A stretch of DNA of 38,642 nucleotides from Candidatus Omnitrophota bacterium (GCA_043802105.1 JAZDLL010000031.1:1-38642), one strand, 5' to 3'; counted from the first letter of the stretch, positions 1 to 9,764 are shown. A program made the numbers and translations. The notes: a model not told the origin generated them from the letters alone.

Positions 1-273
1 ATGAAAAAACAAGTGCTCATCTATTATTCGGGCCGGGTACAGGGGATAGGTTTTCGTTATACGCTTGCGGATATAGCCAATTATCAAAAAGTGCGGGGTT
101 GGGTTAAGAACTTAGAAGATGCCAGGGTTCAGGTGGTGGCAGAGGCTGAGGAAGAAACTCTCAACATTTTTTTACAACAGGTTAATCAGCATTTTTCCCA
201 GTATATTAAAGATGTAAATATAGAATGGCTGCCGGCCAGCGGCGAATTCCGCGATTTTAGTATTAAGTTTTAG
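1..273 (+). CDS. acyP: Acylphosphatase
   Basis: 90 aa; GRVQGIGFR phosphate-binding loop and GWVKN motif; begins at the window edge. Confidence 0.93.
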   Translation: MKKQVLIYYSGRVQGIGFRYTLADIANYQKVRGWVKNLEDARVQVVAEAEEETLNIFLQQVNQHFSQYIKDVNIEWLPASGEFRDFSIKF

Positions 274-291
274 TCATGCCAATAGTTTAAA

Positions 292-2286
292 ATGTCCACC
301 CAAATCAAGAACGAAATTGAACAGTTAAGAACAAAATTACGAAAACATGATTATCAGTATTATGTTTTAAGCCAGCCTTTGGTTTCAGATAAGGAATACG
401 ATGATTTGTTGCGCAAATTAAAATCGCTGGAAGATAAATATCCGGATTATCGCTCTGTCGATTCTCCCACCCAGCGTTTAAACACCGCCATTAGCGCAGG
501 TTTTAAAACCGTCAAACATAATGTTGGGATGTTTTCTTTGGATAACACTTATTCCATTGATGAGTTAAGGCTTTGGGATCAACGCGTGCGCAAAGGATTA
601 GGACAAAATTGCAATTACCAGTATGTGGTTGAGCTTAAAATTGACGGAGTTAGCGCAAATTTAACTTACGTTAGCAGGAAATTAACCCTGGGGGCCACCC
701 GCGGAGATGGGCAGACCGGTGAAGACGTGACTGCCAATATTAGGACTATCCGGGCGATTCTTCCGGAACTTTTGGATAAGGCTCCTAAAGATTTGTTTGA
801 GATCCGCGGTGAAGTGTATATGGATAAAAATGATTTTTTAAAAGTTAATCAGGAACGCTTAGAGCAAGGAGAAGCTTTATTTGCCAATCCCCGCAATGCC
901 ACCAGCGGTTCGCTGAAATTATTGGACTCCAGCCTGACCGCTAAAAGGCGCCTTAGTTTCTTCGCCCATTCTTTAGGCGTTTATCAAAGCGAGCCGATAG
1001 CTACGCAATGGGATTTTTTAACTAAGCTTACCCACTGGGGAGTACGCGTAAATCCCTATTCGGCGCTTTGTTCTAATATTGAAGAAGTAATCGGTTATTG
1101 CCAAAAATGGCAAGATAAACGCGATGAGCTTGACTATGAAATTGACGGGATAGTGGTTAAATTAAATAGTTTTAGCCAGCAGAAAGATTTAGGTTTTACG
1201 GCTAAAGCTCCGCGTTGGGCAGTAGCCTATAAGTTTACTGCCCGCCAGGCCACCACCCAGGTTTTAGCAGTTAATGTTAATGTCGGCCGTACCGGGGTGA
1301 TTACTCCGGTGGCCGTGCTTGAGCCGGTAGAATGTTCCGGGGTAATCATCAGTAATGCCACTTTACATAATTTCGATGAGATAGCCAGGCTGGGATTGCG
1401 GGTGGGTGACCGGGTGCTGATTGAGCGCGCAGGAGATGTAATCCCTAAAGTAGTAAAAGTGGTGGAGCAAAGAGGTAAGCGCCCCTATCGTAAGCCCCAA
1501 AAGTGCCCGGCTTGCCAAGGAAAAATTGTTAAAGAGAAAGCTCAGGATGTGGCTTATCGCTGTATTAACTCTAATTGTCCTGCGCAGCTTGAGCGAGCGC
1601 TTTTGCATTTTGCCAGCCGGGATGCCTTGGATATTGAAGGTTTGGGTGAAGCGGTAATTATTCAACTGGTAAAGTTAGGGTTTCTAAAAAGCTTAGCTGA
1701 TATTTATAAACTTAAAATCGCTGATTTGTTGCAGGTGGAGTTGTTTAAGGAAAAGAAGGCTAATAATCTGCTGGAGGGGATTAAGAAAAGTAAACAAGCG
1801 CCTTTGGCGCGTTTGATCTTTGCTCTAGGCATCCGCCATGTCGGCCAGAAAGCTGCTTATACGTTGGCGATGGAGTTTGGCAGCCTGGATAAACTGATGC
1901 AGGCAGAGCTTAGCGATTTAGATAAAATACCTGAAATTGGTGAAGTGATGGCCGGCTCAATTGTCGACTATTTTGCTTTAAGCCAAACTAAAAACTTAAT
2001 TCGACAGCTAAAGATGGCGCAAGTAAATATGCGCCAGGAAATTTCTAAGGTCAAAATCAATGAATTAACCGGCAAAATAATAGTTTTTACCGGCCAGCTA
2101 GAAGGATTTTCGCGCTCGCAAGCAGAAGCGTTGGTGCGCCAATTCGGAAGTATTCCAGCTTCCAGCGTGAGCAGTAAGACTGATTTTCTGGTGGCCGGTA
2201 ATGGCGCCGGCTCAAAATTTAATCAAGCCCAGGTACTAGGAGTAAAAATTATTAGCGAAGATGAATTTAAGGAGATGATAAAATGA
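292..2286 (+). CDS. ligA: NAD-dependent DNA ligase
   Basis: ELKIDG adenylation motif, FANPRN, PRWAVAYKF, VGRTG, Cys4 zinc finger, HhH repeats, C-terminal BRCT. Confidence 0.98.
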   Translation: MSTQIKNEIEQLRTKLRKHDYQYYVLSQPLVSDKEYDDLLRKLKSLEDKYPDYRSVDSPTQRLNTAISAGFKTVKHNVGMFSLDNTYSIDELRLWDQRVRKGLGQNCNYQYVVELKIDGVSANLTYVSRKLTLGATRGDGQTGEDVTANIRTIRAILPELLDKAPKDLFEIRGEVYMDKNDFLKVNQERLEQGEALFANPRNATSGSLKLLDSSLTAKRRLSFFAHSLGVYQSEPIATQWDFLTKLTHWGVRVNPYSALCSNIEEVIGYCQKWQDKRDELDYEIDGIVVKLNSFSQQKDLGFTAKAPRWAVAYKFTARQATTQVLAVNVNVGRTGVITPVAVLEPVECSGVIISNATLHNFDEIARLGLRVGDRVLIERAGDVIPKVVKVVEQRGKRPYRKPQKCPACQGKIVKEKAQDVAYRCINSNCPAQLERALLHFASRDALDIEGLGEAVIIQLVKLGFLKSLADIYKLKIADLLQVELFKEKKANNLLEGIKKSKQAPLARLIFALGIRHVGQKAAYTLAMEFGSLDKLMQAELSDLDKIPEIGEVMAGSIVDYFALSQTKNLIRQLKMAQVNMRQEISKVKINELTGKIIVFTGQLEGFSRSQAEALVRQFGSIPASSVSSKTDFLVAGNGAGSKFNQAQVLGVKIISEDEFKEMIK

Positions 2287-2777
2287 ATATAAAGAAAATA
2301 TTATCGGTTTTATTATTTTGTTTTCTATTGTTAGATTTATTAGGCTGTGAATCTTTCGCGCGCAAATTTACCCGAAAATCTAAGAAGTCGGATGCGGCGG
2401 TGGAAATGGTCCTTGTTCCACAGGAATATAAAGGGCCCAACCTGACCAAAGAGGAGATTTACCGCCAGTATTATCTTTATTGGGACTCTTGGCAGGGGGA
2501 GTTGATTAACGCCTTAACCCAAAAGGCCAGTTTAAAGAAAAAAGTAGATTGCGCCCAAGAGGCTTTAAAGGATCTGGATTATATGAAAATGATGCTACTG
2601 CCCGATGCCCAGAAAAATTTCAACTTAGAGATTGCCAATTTAAATGAGCTCTTGGCCTCCATCAAAAGTGATGTTTATGGAGCAAATGACAGCCGCGCCT
2701 TGCGGTTGGCTGAGCGCATTAGGTCCAAAGTCCATAAGAACTTTATTTATCCTAAGATAAGGAATTATTTAAAATGA
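2283..2777 (+). CDS. Hypothetical lipoprotein
   Basis: Basic N-terminus, hydrophobic stretch, lipobox LLGC; 4-nt overlaps with both neighbours. Confidence 0.75.
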   Translation: MNIKKILSVLLFCFLLLDLLGCESFARKFTRKSKKSDAAVEMVLVPQEYKGPNLTKEEIYRQYYLYWDSWQGELINALTQKASLKKKVDCAQEALKDLDYMKMMLLPDAQKNFNLEIANLNELLASIKSDVYGANDSRALRLAERIRSKVHKNFIYPKIRNYLK

Positions 2778-3394
2778 TTTTAGAAACAGTTAATGTCGGG
2801 CCGATGCAGGTTAATTGCTATATTCTGGCCTCTGCTGCGGGCGGCCAGGCGATGATTATTGATCCGGGTGATGATCTGCTCAAGATCAAGGCGGTTTTAG
2901 ATAAGCACAGGTTAAAGCCGGCGATGGTGATCAATACGCATGGGCATTATGACCATATTGGTAGCGATGATGAATTTGGTGTTTGCGTTTATGTGCATAA
3001 AAAAGATTTACCGATGTTACTGGACGCCAGAAAAAATCTTTCCGCTAGTTTTTCTTTGGCTTATAAGGTTAGTTCTGAGACTAAAACTTTACAAGATAAA
3101 GAGATTATTAAACTAGATGGTTTGGAATTGGAAGTGCTACATCTACCCGGGCATACCCCGGGAGGCATCGGCCTTTTGATGAAAAAACCTCAAAACGATA
3201 TCGTTTTTACCGGCGATACCTTGTTTTGCATGGGGGTAGGGCGTTGGGATCTATCGGGGGGCAGCCAGCAGCAGCTGGAGGAGGCCATCCGGGAAAGATT
3301 ATTTGTTCTGCCGGTGGCAACCAAAGTTTATCCGGGGCACGGAACCTCGACCACTATCGGAAGGGAAAAGAGCGGTAGCACATTTAGATTATAA
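2774..3394 (+). CDS. MBL-fold metallo-hydrolase (glyoxalase II-like)
   Basis: THGHYDH, GHTPG, TGDTLF, PGHG motifs. Confidence 0.93.
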   Translation: MILETVNVGPMQVNCYILASAAGGQAMIIDPGDDLLKIKAVLDKHRLKPAMVINTHGHYDHIGSDDEFGVCVYVHKKDLPMLLDARKNLSASFSLAYKVSSETKTLQDKEIIKLDGLELEVLHLPGHTPGGIGLLMKKPQNDIVFTGDTLFCMGVGRWDLSGGSQQQLEEAIRERLFVLPVATKVYPGHGTSTTIGREKSGSTFRL

Positions 3395-4281
3395 TGAAAG
3401 AACTTATCGATTCATTCCTAGATTATCTTTCGGTTGAGCGGGCGCTGGCTAAAAATACCATTGTTGCCTATCGGGCGGATTTGAATCTTTATTTGGGTTT
3501 TATTGAAAAACGCAAGATTATTGTACTTTCTAAAGTCGCTAAAGATGATATTGTTGAATTTATGCTTGCTCAAAAAGCGCAAGGCATATCTCCTACGAGT
3601 ATTTCACGCCGCCTGGCCGCCATCCGTATGTTTCATCGTTTTTTAGCCAGGGAGAGAGTTTTAAAAAGCGATCCGACGACCTTGATCGATTCTCCCAGGC
3701 TTTGGAAGAAAGTTCCGGATACGCTTTCTTTAAATGAAGTGGAAGCATTAATCAGCCAGCCCGATTGGCGCGATCAGCAGGGGGCCAGGGATAAAGCGAT
3801 CATAGAAACTCTTTATGCCACCGGAATGCGGGTATCGGAACTGAGTAATCTTAAAACCAATAACGTTAATTTAGATATTGGGTTTTTGCGTTGCATCGGA
3901 AAAGGCAATAAGGAGCGGATTATTCCATTAGGCAAGAAAGCCATTCACAGTATTAATCGTTATTTGGAGTTTAGCCGGAAACATTTTTTAAAGCAAAAAG
4001 CCTCAGAGTTCATTTTTATCAGCCGCTGCGGGGGTAAACTCTCCCGGCAATCAGTTTGGAAATTGATTAAGCGGTATGCTAAAGAGGCTAAAATTAAGAA
4101 ATCGATAAAAGTGCATACGCTTAGGCATTCATTTGCTACGCATTTATTAGAGAGGGGCGCGGATCTGCGTTCCGTGCAAGAGATGTTGGGGCATTCCAAT
4201 ATCTCTACCACTCAGATTTATACGCATATTGATAAAGAGCGGCTTAAAACTATTCATAAGATGTTCCACCCGCGTCCCTAG
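3394..4281 (+). CDS. xerD: Site-specific tyrosine recombinase XerD
   Basis: LYATGMRVSEL, GKGNKER, HTLRHSFATHLL, LGH, TTQIYT, C-terminal HPR. Confidence 0.93.
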   Translation: MKELIDSFLDYLSVERALAKNTIVAYRADLNLYLGFIEKRKIIVLSKVAKDDIVEFMLAQKAQGISPTSISRRLAAIRMFHRFLARERVLKSDPTTLIDSPRLWKKVPDTLSLNEVEALISQPDWRDQQGARDKAIIETLYATGMRVSELSNLKTNNVNLDIGFLRCIGKGNKERIIPLGKKAIHSINRYLEFSRKHFLKQKASEFIFISRCGGKLSRQSVWKLIKRYAKEAKIKKSIKVHTLRHSFATHLLERGADLRSVQEMLGHSNISTTQIYTHIDKERLKTIHKMFHPRP

Positions 4282-4320
4282 CGAGTAGTTAGTTTACCGG
4301 CGCAAAGATAGGCTTAGGAT

Positions 4321-5595
4321 ATGAGGAAATATTTTAAAAAATTACCTAAAGAATTAAGAGAGGTTATTCGTCAGGCTTGGCGAGTTTCTCAGGAAACCCG
4401 GATGCCGGCCTATCTGGTTGGCGGATGCTTACGTGATTTAATTTTACAGGTAAAAAACCTGGATCTGGATATTGCGATTGAAGGAAACGGTATTATTTTT
4501 GCTCAACATCTGGGGCGAAAACTTAAAGCGCAACTAAAAATTCACCCGTGGTTTGGCACGGCTACCTTAATTTTAAGCGCGGGGTTAAAAGTGGACATTG
4601 CTACTACGCGTCAGGAAAAATACCCTGATTCTGCAGCGCTTCCGCAAGTGCACCCGGATTCATTAAAAGAGGATCTTAAACGCAGGGATTTTACGATCAA
4701 CGCCATGGCGTTAAGCTTGGCGGCGGATAAGCAACAGAAAATAATTGATCCTTTCGGCGCTGTCGCTGACCTGGTTTCTGGTAAAATTCGTATTCTCCAT
4801 AATTTAAGCTTCCAGGATGATCCTACGCGGATTTTAAGAGCGATTCGTTTTAGCCAACGTTTTAATTTTAAGATTGAGCCTAAAACGCTGGCCTTGCTTA
4901 AGGAGGCCATTAGCGCTGGCTTGTTGGATAAAGTAAATCCCCATAGAATGCGCGAGGAATTGATATTAATGCTTAAAGAGCAAAATCCTTTTAAGCCGAT
5001 TAAAAAGCTTAGCGATTTAGGGGGATTGTCTTTTATCAGCCCTAAACTGAAAATCGACAGATCTACGCCAGGCTTATTTAAATCTATTGCTGGGGAAATT
5101 AATTGGTTTGTTAAAAATTTTCCTGCGCGCAGGCCGCTGGACGTCTGGCTGGTTTATTTTGCGGCGCTTTTGGCCGGGCTTACTTTGGAACAGATTAAAA
5201 CGATTATTTACCGGCTGGGTGCGCCCAAGGGGGATCAAAAGCGGATAATTGGCTATTACCAGGAAGGTAAGAAAATTATAGCGGCTTTAAGCAAAAAACA
5301 GGCCTCGCCAGAGCAGATTTTTTCATTACTGGAGCCCCTAAGCTATGAAACGATTATTTTACTTAGGGCTGCGGCGCCCAACAAAAACTTTAAAAAGCAT
5401 TCGGCAGATTTTCTTCAGATTTACAATGGTATGCGTCTTAGCATCTGCGGTAAGGATTTAGGCGGTTTGGGTGTTTTGCCGGGCCCGGAGTATCAGAGGA
5501 TCTTTGCTCAAGTATTAGCGGCTAAACTTAACGGCCAGGTCAAGAATCGCCAAACCGAGTTGGCTTTAATCCAAAAATTAGTGCAGGCAACATAA
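4321..5595 (+). CDS. Class II tRNA nucleotidyltransferase (CCA- or A-adding)
   Basis: VGGCLRD, DLDI, RRDFTINAMA, DDPTRILRAIRF. Confidence 0.88.
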   Translation: MRKYFKKLPKELREVIRQAWRVSQETRMPAYLVGGCLRDLILQVKNLDLDIAIEGNGIIFAQHLGRKLKAQLKIHPWFGTATLILSAGLKVDIATTRQEKYPDSAALPQVHPDSLKEDLKRRDFTINAMALSLAADKQQKIIDPFGAVADLVSGKIRILHNLSFQDDPTRILRAIRFSQRFNFKIEPKTLALLKEAISAGLLDKVNPHRMREELILMLKEQNPFKPIKKLSDLGGLSFISPKLKIDRSTPGLFKSIAGEINWFVKNFPARRPLDVWLVYFAALLAGLTLEQIKTIIYRLGAPKGDQKRIIGYYQEGKKIIAALSKKQASPEQIFSLLEPLSYETIILLRAAAPNKNFKKHSADFLQIYNGMRLSICGKDLGGLGVLPGPEYQRIFAQVLAAKLNGQVKNRQTELALIQKLVQAT

Positions 5596-5615
5596 TAGAA
5601 ACGGAGTGCATAATC

Positions 5616-5966
5616 ATGTCTAGACACGAGCGTGTGGAAGAGGCGATCAGGAAAGAAGTTAGTTTGATTATCCATGATGAGCTTAAAGATCCGCGGGTAG
5701 GTTTTGTTACGATCACCCGGGTGGAGTTGTCCAAGGACTTAAGAAATGCGAGAATTTTTTATAGCGTTTTGGGTAAAGAGGATGCTTGTAAAAAGACCAA
5801 AATGGCCCTGGATTCCGCTTTAGGTTATGTCCGTAGCCTGGTCGCTCAAAGAATTAACATGCGTTTTGCCACGGAACTTATGTTTTGCGAGGATCATTCT
5901 ACCGAGTATAGCGTTAAGATCCAGGAGGTACTTAACAAAATAAAGGAGCCAGATGAGCCTAAATGA
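5616..5966 (+). CDS. rbfA: 30S ribosome-binding factor A
   Basis: LKDPRVGFVTITRVELSKDL; RBS-like GGAG upstream. Confidence 0.96.
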   Translation: MSRHERVEEAIRKEVSLIIHDELKDPRVGFVTITRVELSKDLRNARIFYSVLGKEDACKKTKMALDSALGYVRSLVAQRINMRFATELMFCEDHSTEYSVKIQEVLNKIKEPDEPK

Positions 5967-6942
5967 AATTTGCCAGAGCATAAAAAAGTATAATAATTTT
6001 TTGATTACCGCTCATACCAGCCCGGAGGGGGATGCTTTGGGCAGCCAACTGGGATTTTATAATCTGATTAAAAAACTTGGGCGCCGGGCGACGATTATCA
6101 GTGATGATCAACTGCCCTATGGCTATGATTTTCTGCCCGGCTTCCAGCGTATCCGTCGTTTTGGCCAGAAATCTAAATATATTAAATTTGACTGTTTAGT
6201 GGTTTTGGATTGCGCAGACCTCAAGCGCACCGGAAGAGTCTATAAGCTCAACCTGGATCATCAGCCGGTATTAAATATTGATCATCATATCAGCAATCAA
6301 ATCTTTGGCGATGTAAATTGGGTCAATGTGCAAGCCTCTTCTTGTTCGGAGATGATTTATCAGCTGTATAAGCGGCTGCATTTGGCGATGGACAAGGATA
6401 CCGCTTTAGTTTTATATACCGGGATTATGACCGATACTGGATCTTTTCGTTATTCTAATACTTCTAGTTCTACGCTTAAGGCGGCCGGGGAACTTTTGAA
6501 ACTTGGAGTTAACGTCGCTGAAGTTTACCGTTATGCTTATGAAAATATTTCGCCGTCGGAGGCAAAATTGCTGCTAAAATTTTTATCCCAGGTTAAATTT
6601 TTCGGCCGGGGTAAAATTGCAGCTTTTAGTATTGACCCAAAGTTGTATGGAGGCAAAAGAATTGGCCTGGATTTAGCGGATCACGTTTTAAGTTTTGGCC
6701 GCGCGATTAAAGGAGTGGAGGTAGTGGTTTTATTTAAAAATAGCCTAGGGCCAAACTCGCTTGTCCGGGTTAATTTAAGAAGCCAGGGCAGGGTGGATGT
6801 AAATAAGATCGCAGCTTTTTTTGGAGGGGGAGGGCATCAGACGGCTGCCGGCTGCACAATCTGCGCAGCGCCCAAGGTTGTGCGCCGCAAAGTCATCACT
6901 AAAATTTGCCAGTTTTTAAAATTAAACTCAAGCGGAATTTAG
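5953..6942 (+). CDS. nrnA: DHH/DHHA1 phosphoesterase (oligoribonuclease/pAp phosphatase, NrnA family)
   Basis: HTSPEGDA, NIDHH, TDTGSF, GGGGH motifs; usual position after rbfA. Confidence 0.9.
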   Translation: MSLNEICQSIKKYNNFLITAHTSPEGDALGSQLGFYNLIKKLGRRATIISDDQLPYGYDFLPGFQRIRRFGQKSKYIKFDCLVVLDCADLKRTGRVYKLNLDHQPVLNIDHHISNQIFGDVNWVNVQASSCSEMIYQLYKRLHLAMDKDTALVLYTGIMTDTGSFRYSNTSSSTLKAAGELLKLGVNVAEVYRYAYENISPSEAKLLLKFLSQVKFFGRGKIAAFSIDPKLYGGKRIGLDLADHVLSFGRAIKGVEVVVLFKNSLGPNSLVRVNLRSQGRVDVNKIAAFFGGGGHQTAAGCTICAAPKVVRRKVITKICQFLKLNSSGI

Positions 6943-6956
6943 CAGCTTAAAAAACG

Positions 6957-7862
6957 ATGAAAATTATTTATGGGGTTGGAAAAATCGAAAAGGCCTTGGG
7001 CCCCCGGCCGGTGGTGGCGATGGGGGTTTTTGACGGGTTGCATCTTGGCCATCGCAATATTTTGCAGGCGGTAGTTAAAAAGGCAGTTAAAATTAAGGGC
7101 ACCAGCCTGGTTTTAACTTTTTTCCCGCATCCGCAAGCAAAAGAAAGCTTGTATTCATTGGAGCATCGCTTAAGGTTAATTGCTGAGTTGGGGGTAGATG
7201 TGTGCCTGGTGGTGAATTTTAGCCGTAGTTTTGCAAAAATAAGCGCGCAAGATTTTATTGCTAAAATACTGGTTAAAAAAATTAAAGCTGGCTTTGTTTA
7301 TGTGGGGAAAAATTTTCGTTTTGGTAGGCAAGCTGCCGGTGACTATCGATTGTTACTCCAAGAGTCTGAAAGGCATAAATTCAGAGTTAAGATTTTTAAG
7401 GTGCTTGCCCGCGGCGGATTGACGATTAGCAGTACCACTATCAGAAGATTAATTAAAAATTCTAAACTTAACCAGGCCCAGAAGTTGCTTGGTCGTCGGG
7501 TAAGTGTTTTAGGTACGGTGGTTAGGGGCAGTAGACTGGGCAGATTATTAGGTTTTCCGACGGCCAATATCAAAGCCCACCATGAAATTATCCCCCCGGC
7601 AGGTATTTACGCGGTGCAAATTATATTTTTCAATCACAGGTATAATGGTGTCTGTTATATTGGTAAAAGGCCAACCCTGGGCCTTAAAAATAAAGCCCTG
7701 CGCATTGAAGTGCATATCTTTGGTTTCCATAAAAATATTTATGGCCGGGTGCTGGAGATCCAGTTTGTAAAATTAATTCGTTTAGATCAAAAATTTGCTG
7801 ACCTAGAAGATTTATCCGCTCAAATCCAAAAAGATATTCTTTCCTGCAGCAAGATTCTATAA
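6957..7862 (+). CDS. ribF: Bifunctional riboflavin kinase/FAD synthetase
   Basis: GVFDGLHLGH, FRFG, ISSTTIR, GFPTAN, EVHI. Confidence 0.96.
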   Translation: MKIIYGVGKIEKALGPRPVVAMGVFDGLHLGHRNILQAVVKKAVKIKGTSLVLTFFPHPQAKESLYSLEHRLRLIAELGVDVCLVVNFSRSFAKISAQDFIAKILVKKIKAGFVYVGKNFRFGRQAAGDYRLLLQESERHKFRVKIFKVLARGGLTISSTTIRRLIKNSKLNQAQKLLGRRVSVLGTVVRGSRLGRLLGFPTANIKAHHEIIPPAGIYAVQIIFFNHRYNGVCYIGKRPTLGLKNKALRIEVHIFGFHKNIYGRVLEIQFVKLIRLDQKFADLEDLSAQIQKDILSCSKIL

Positions 7863-7904
7863 TTCTTTCGCAGCATACCACCATGGCTAGGGATTTCGGT
7901 CACT

Positions 7905-7913
7905 TTATCCACA
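7905..7913 (+). promoter_or_regulatory. Perfect DnaA box
   Basis: TTATCCACA, ending 36 nt upstream of the mraZ promoter -35. Confidence 0.55.
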
Positions 7914-7949
7914 ATTGATTGTGTTTCCAGCATTTAGGAAATTTTTCTC

Positions 7950-7978
7950 TTGACAAAAGGGGTGATTTTACCTATACT
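7950..7978 (+). promoter_or_regulatory. sigma70-type promoter of the dcw cluster
   Basis: TTGACA (7950-7955), 17 nt spacer, TATACT (7973-7978). Confidence 0.85.
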
Positions 7979-7986
7979 TTGTACAT

Positions 7987-8012
7987 AAGTGGTTAAAAGT
8001 GGAGTAAAGTGG
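7987..8012 (+). promoter_or_regulatory. MraZ operator: three direct repeats
   Basis: AAGTGG at 7987, 7997 and 8007 (10-bp period) between promoter and mraZ start, matching known MraZ GTGG-type repeats. Confidence 0.85.
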
Positions 8013-8024
8013 AAGGAATCAGAA

Positions 8025-8462
8025 ATGTTCTACGGTGAGTTTGAGCATTCTATTGATCGTAAGGGGCGTTTAATCTTACCCGCTAAATTTCGCGAGGTAG
8101 CTAAAAATCAATTCGTGGAAAAGTTTTTTGTTACCCGGGGCCTGGATAAATGTCTTTTTATGTTTTCTGAGGAACAGTGGCGGACTGAGGAAAATAAATT
8201 TAAAACGATGTCTTTTACTAAGCAGCAGCCGCGTACCTTTAACCGGCTGTTTTTTAGCGGCGCGGTGGATGTTAGTTTTGACAAACAGGGCAGGATTCTT
8301 CTGCCGCAATATTTAAAAGATTTTGCCGAGATTAAAAAAGATGTGATGATCATCGGCGTTTCTAGCCGTATTGAGATCTGGTCGAAAAATTTATGGCAGG
8401 ATTTTTACGCCAACAACCATCAGTCTTTTGAAGAAATTGCCGAGAAATTAATGGATGTTTAA
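8025..8462 (+). CDS. mraZ: Division/cell wall cluster transcriptional repressor MraZ
   Basis: MFYGEFEHSIDRKGRL and DKQGRI motifs; start moved to ATG 8025 because the ORF-track start 7989 lies inside the operator. Confidence 0.97.
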   Translation: MFYGEFEHSIDRKGRLILPAKFREVAKNQFVEKFFVTRGLDKCLFMFSEEQWRTEENKFKTMSFTKQQPRTFNRLFFSGAVDVSFDKQGRILLPQYLKDFAEIKKDVMIIGVSSRIEIWSKNLWQDFYANNHQSFEEIAEKLMDV

Positions 8463-9365
8463 ATGTTAGACGAAAAGTTGCATGTGCCGGTGATGTTGCA
8501 GGAAGTGTTGGATTTTTTAAAGCTAAAGCCTGGGCAGGTGATTGTGGATGCTACTGTGGGAACCGGCGGGCATGCGTTGGAAATATTAAAAAGAATTACT
8601 CCTGGCGGCAGATTGATTGGCTTAGACCGCGATGAAAATTCTTTAGCGATTTGCCGACAGAGGCTCAGTCCGTTCAAAGATAGCAGCGAATTTGTGCAAG
8701 CTAATTTTGCGGATCTGGATCAAGTTTTGGCTAATCTGGGTATTCGGAATATTGACGGTATTGTTTTCGATTTAGGCATCTCTAGCTATCAGTTGCATGA
8801 CCCGCAGCGTGGTTTTAGTTTTCAGGAGGAGGGGCCCCTGGATATGCGTTTGGATAAGAGCAGCTATATATCAGCGTACGATTTAGTAAATAACCTCAAT
8901 GAAAACGAAATTTCGCAGTTGCTTTGGAATTTCGGGCAGGAGCGTTGGCATAACCGGATTGCACACCTCTTAGTTCAGGAACGCAGGAATGAACCGATCG
9001 CCACCACTAAACAGTTAGCTAATTTAGTGATGCGGGCAATCCCCCATCGCTACCGTCGCAGTTACTACCGCATTCATCCGGCTACGCGTACTTTCCAAGC
9101 TGTACGCATCGCCGTAAATCGAGAACTGGAAATTTTAGAAAGCGCGATTAAGAAAGCCGTTGCTATTTTAAGAAAGCAAGCTAGAATATGTGTTATTTCT
9201 TTTCATTCTTTGGAAGACCGTGTGATTAAACATACATTCCGTGCACTTGCCGCTGACGGATTAATTGATATTGTTACTGCTAAGCCCCTGATTCCGGTTC
9301 CCAGCGAAGTAGAAGTAAATCCTTCTAGTCGCAGTTCTAAATTCAGGGTTGCTGAAAGGATATAA
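8463..9365 (+). CDS. rsmH: 16S rRNA m4C1402 methyltransferase
   Basis: HVPVML, DATVGTGGH, DLGISS, PLDMR, HPATRTFQA, SFHSLEDR. Confidence 0.97.
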   Translation: MLDEKLHVPVMLQEVLDFLKLKPGQVIVDATVGTGGHALEILKRITPGGRLIGLDRDENSLAICRQRLSPFKDSSEFVQANFADLDQVLANLGIRNIDGIVFDLGISSYQLHDPQRGFSFQEEGPLDMRLDKSSYISAYDLVNNLNENEISQLLWNFGQERWHNRIAHLLVQERRNEPIATTKQLANLVMRAIPHRYRRSYYRIHPATRTFQAVRIAVNRELEILESAIKKAVAILRKQARICVISFHSLEDRVIKHTFRALAADGLIDIVTAKPLIPVPSEVEVNPSSRSSKFRVAERI

Positions 9366-9371
9366 AATTAT

Positions 9372-9740
9372 ATGAAGTTAACCAAGTTTTTTTCCGCCGT
9401 GGTTTTTATTACTTCATTCTCGGTGCTTTATGTATACCAGCAGAGCGAGATCTTCCGGCTGGCTTATCTGGGGCAGAAGAAGCAAGCTGTCTTTACAGAG
9501 CTGCTGGATAAGAATACCGCATTAAGATATAATATTAACAAAAATTCTTCCTTAGTAAATATTGGTGCGCGTATTTCCGATACCAATGATTTTCAAATGC
9601 CGGATAATTACCGTTTTGTAAAGTTTATTACTTCGGCAGAAGGTATAAAGCTGGCAAATCAGAATTCGGCTCCGGAAGGCCTGTTAGCGCGTATTTTTAG
9701 TTTGAAACGGGAAGCTCAAGCAAAGACCATTAACCCCTAA
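9372..9740 (+). CDS. ftsL: Probable FtsL-like cell division protein
   Basis: Lies between rsmH and ftsI; single N-terminal TM followed by a heptad-like segment; call is mainly positional. Confidence 0.6.
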   Translation: MKLTKFFSAVVFITSFSVLYVYQQSEIFRLAYLGQKKQAVFTELLDKNTALRYNINKNSSLVNIGARISDTNDFQMPDNYRFVKFITSAEGIKLANQNSAPEGLLARIFSLKREAQAKTINP

Positions 9741-9764
9741 TTTTTATTATTCCTAAGGAAGAAA

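Noticed and set aside
3394-4281. Tyrosine recombinase as a mobile-element integrase
   Set aside because: Size and motifs fit chromosomal XerD, and neighbours are housekeeping genes.
7989-8024. N-terminal extension of MraZ in the ORF track
   Set aside because: It is the translated MraZ operator repeats; the conserved start is MFYGEF at 8025.
7863-8024. oriC at the DnaA box
   Set aside because: Only one box is visible and the region is explained by the mraZ promoter and operator.
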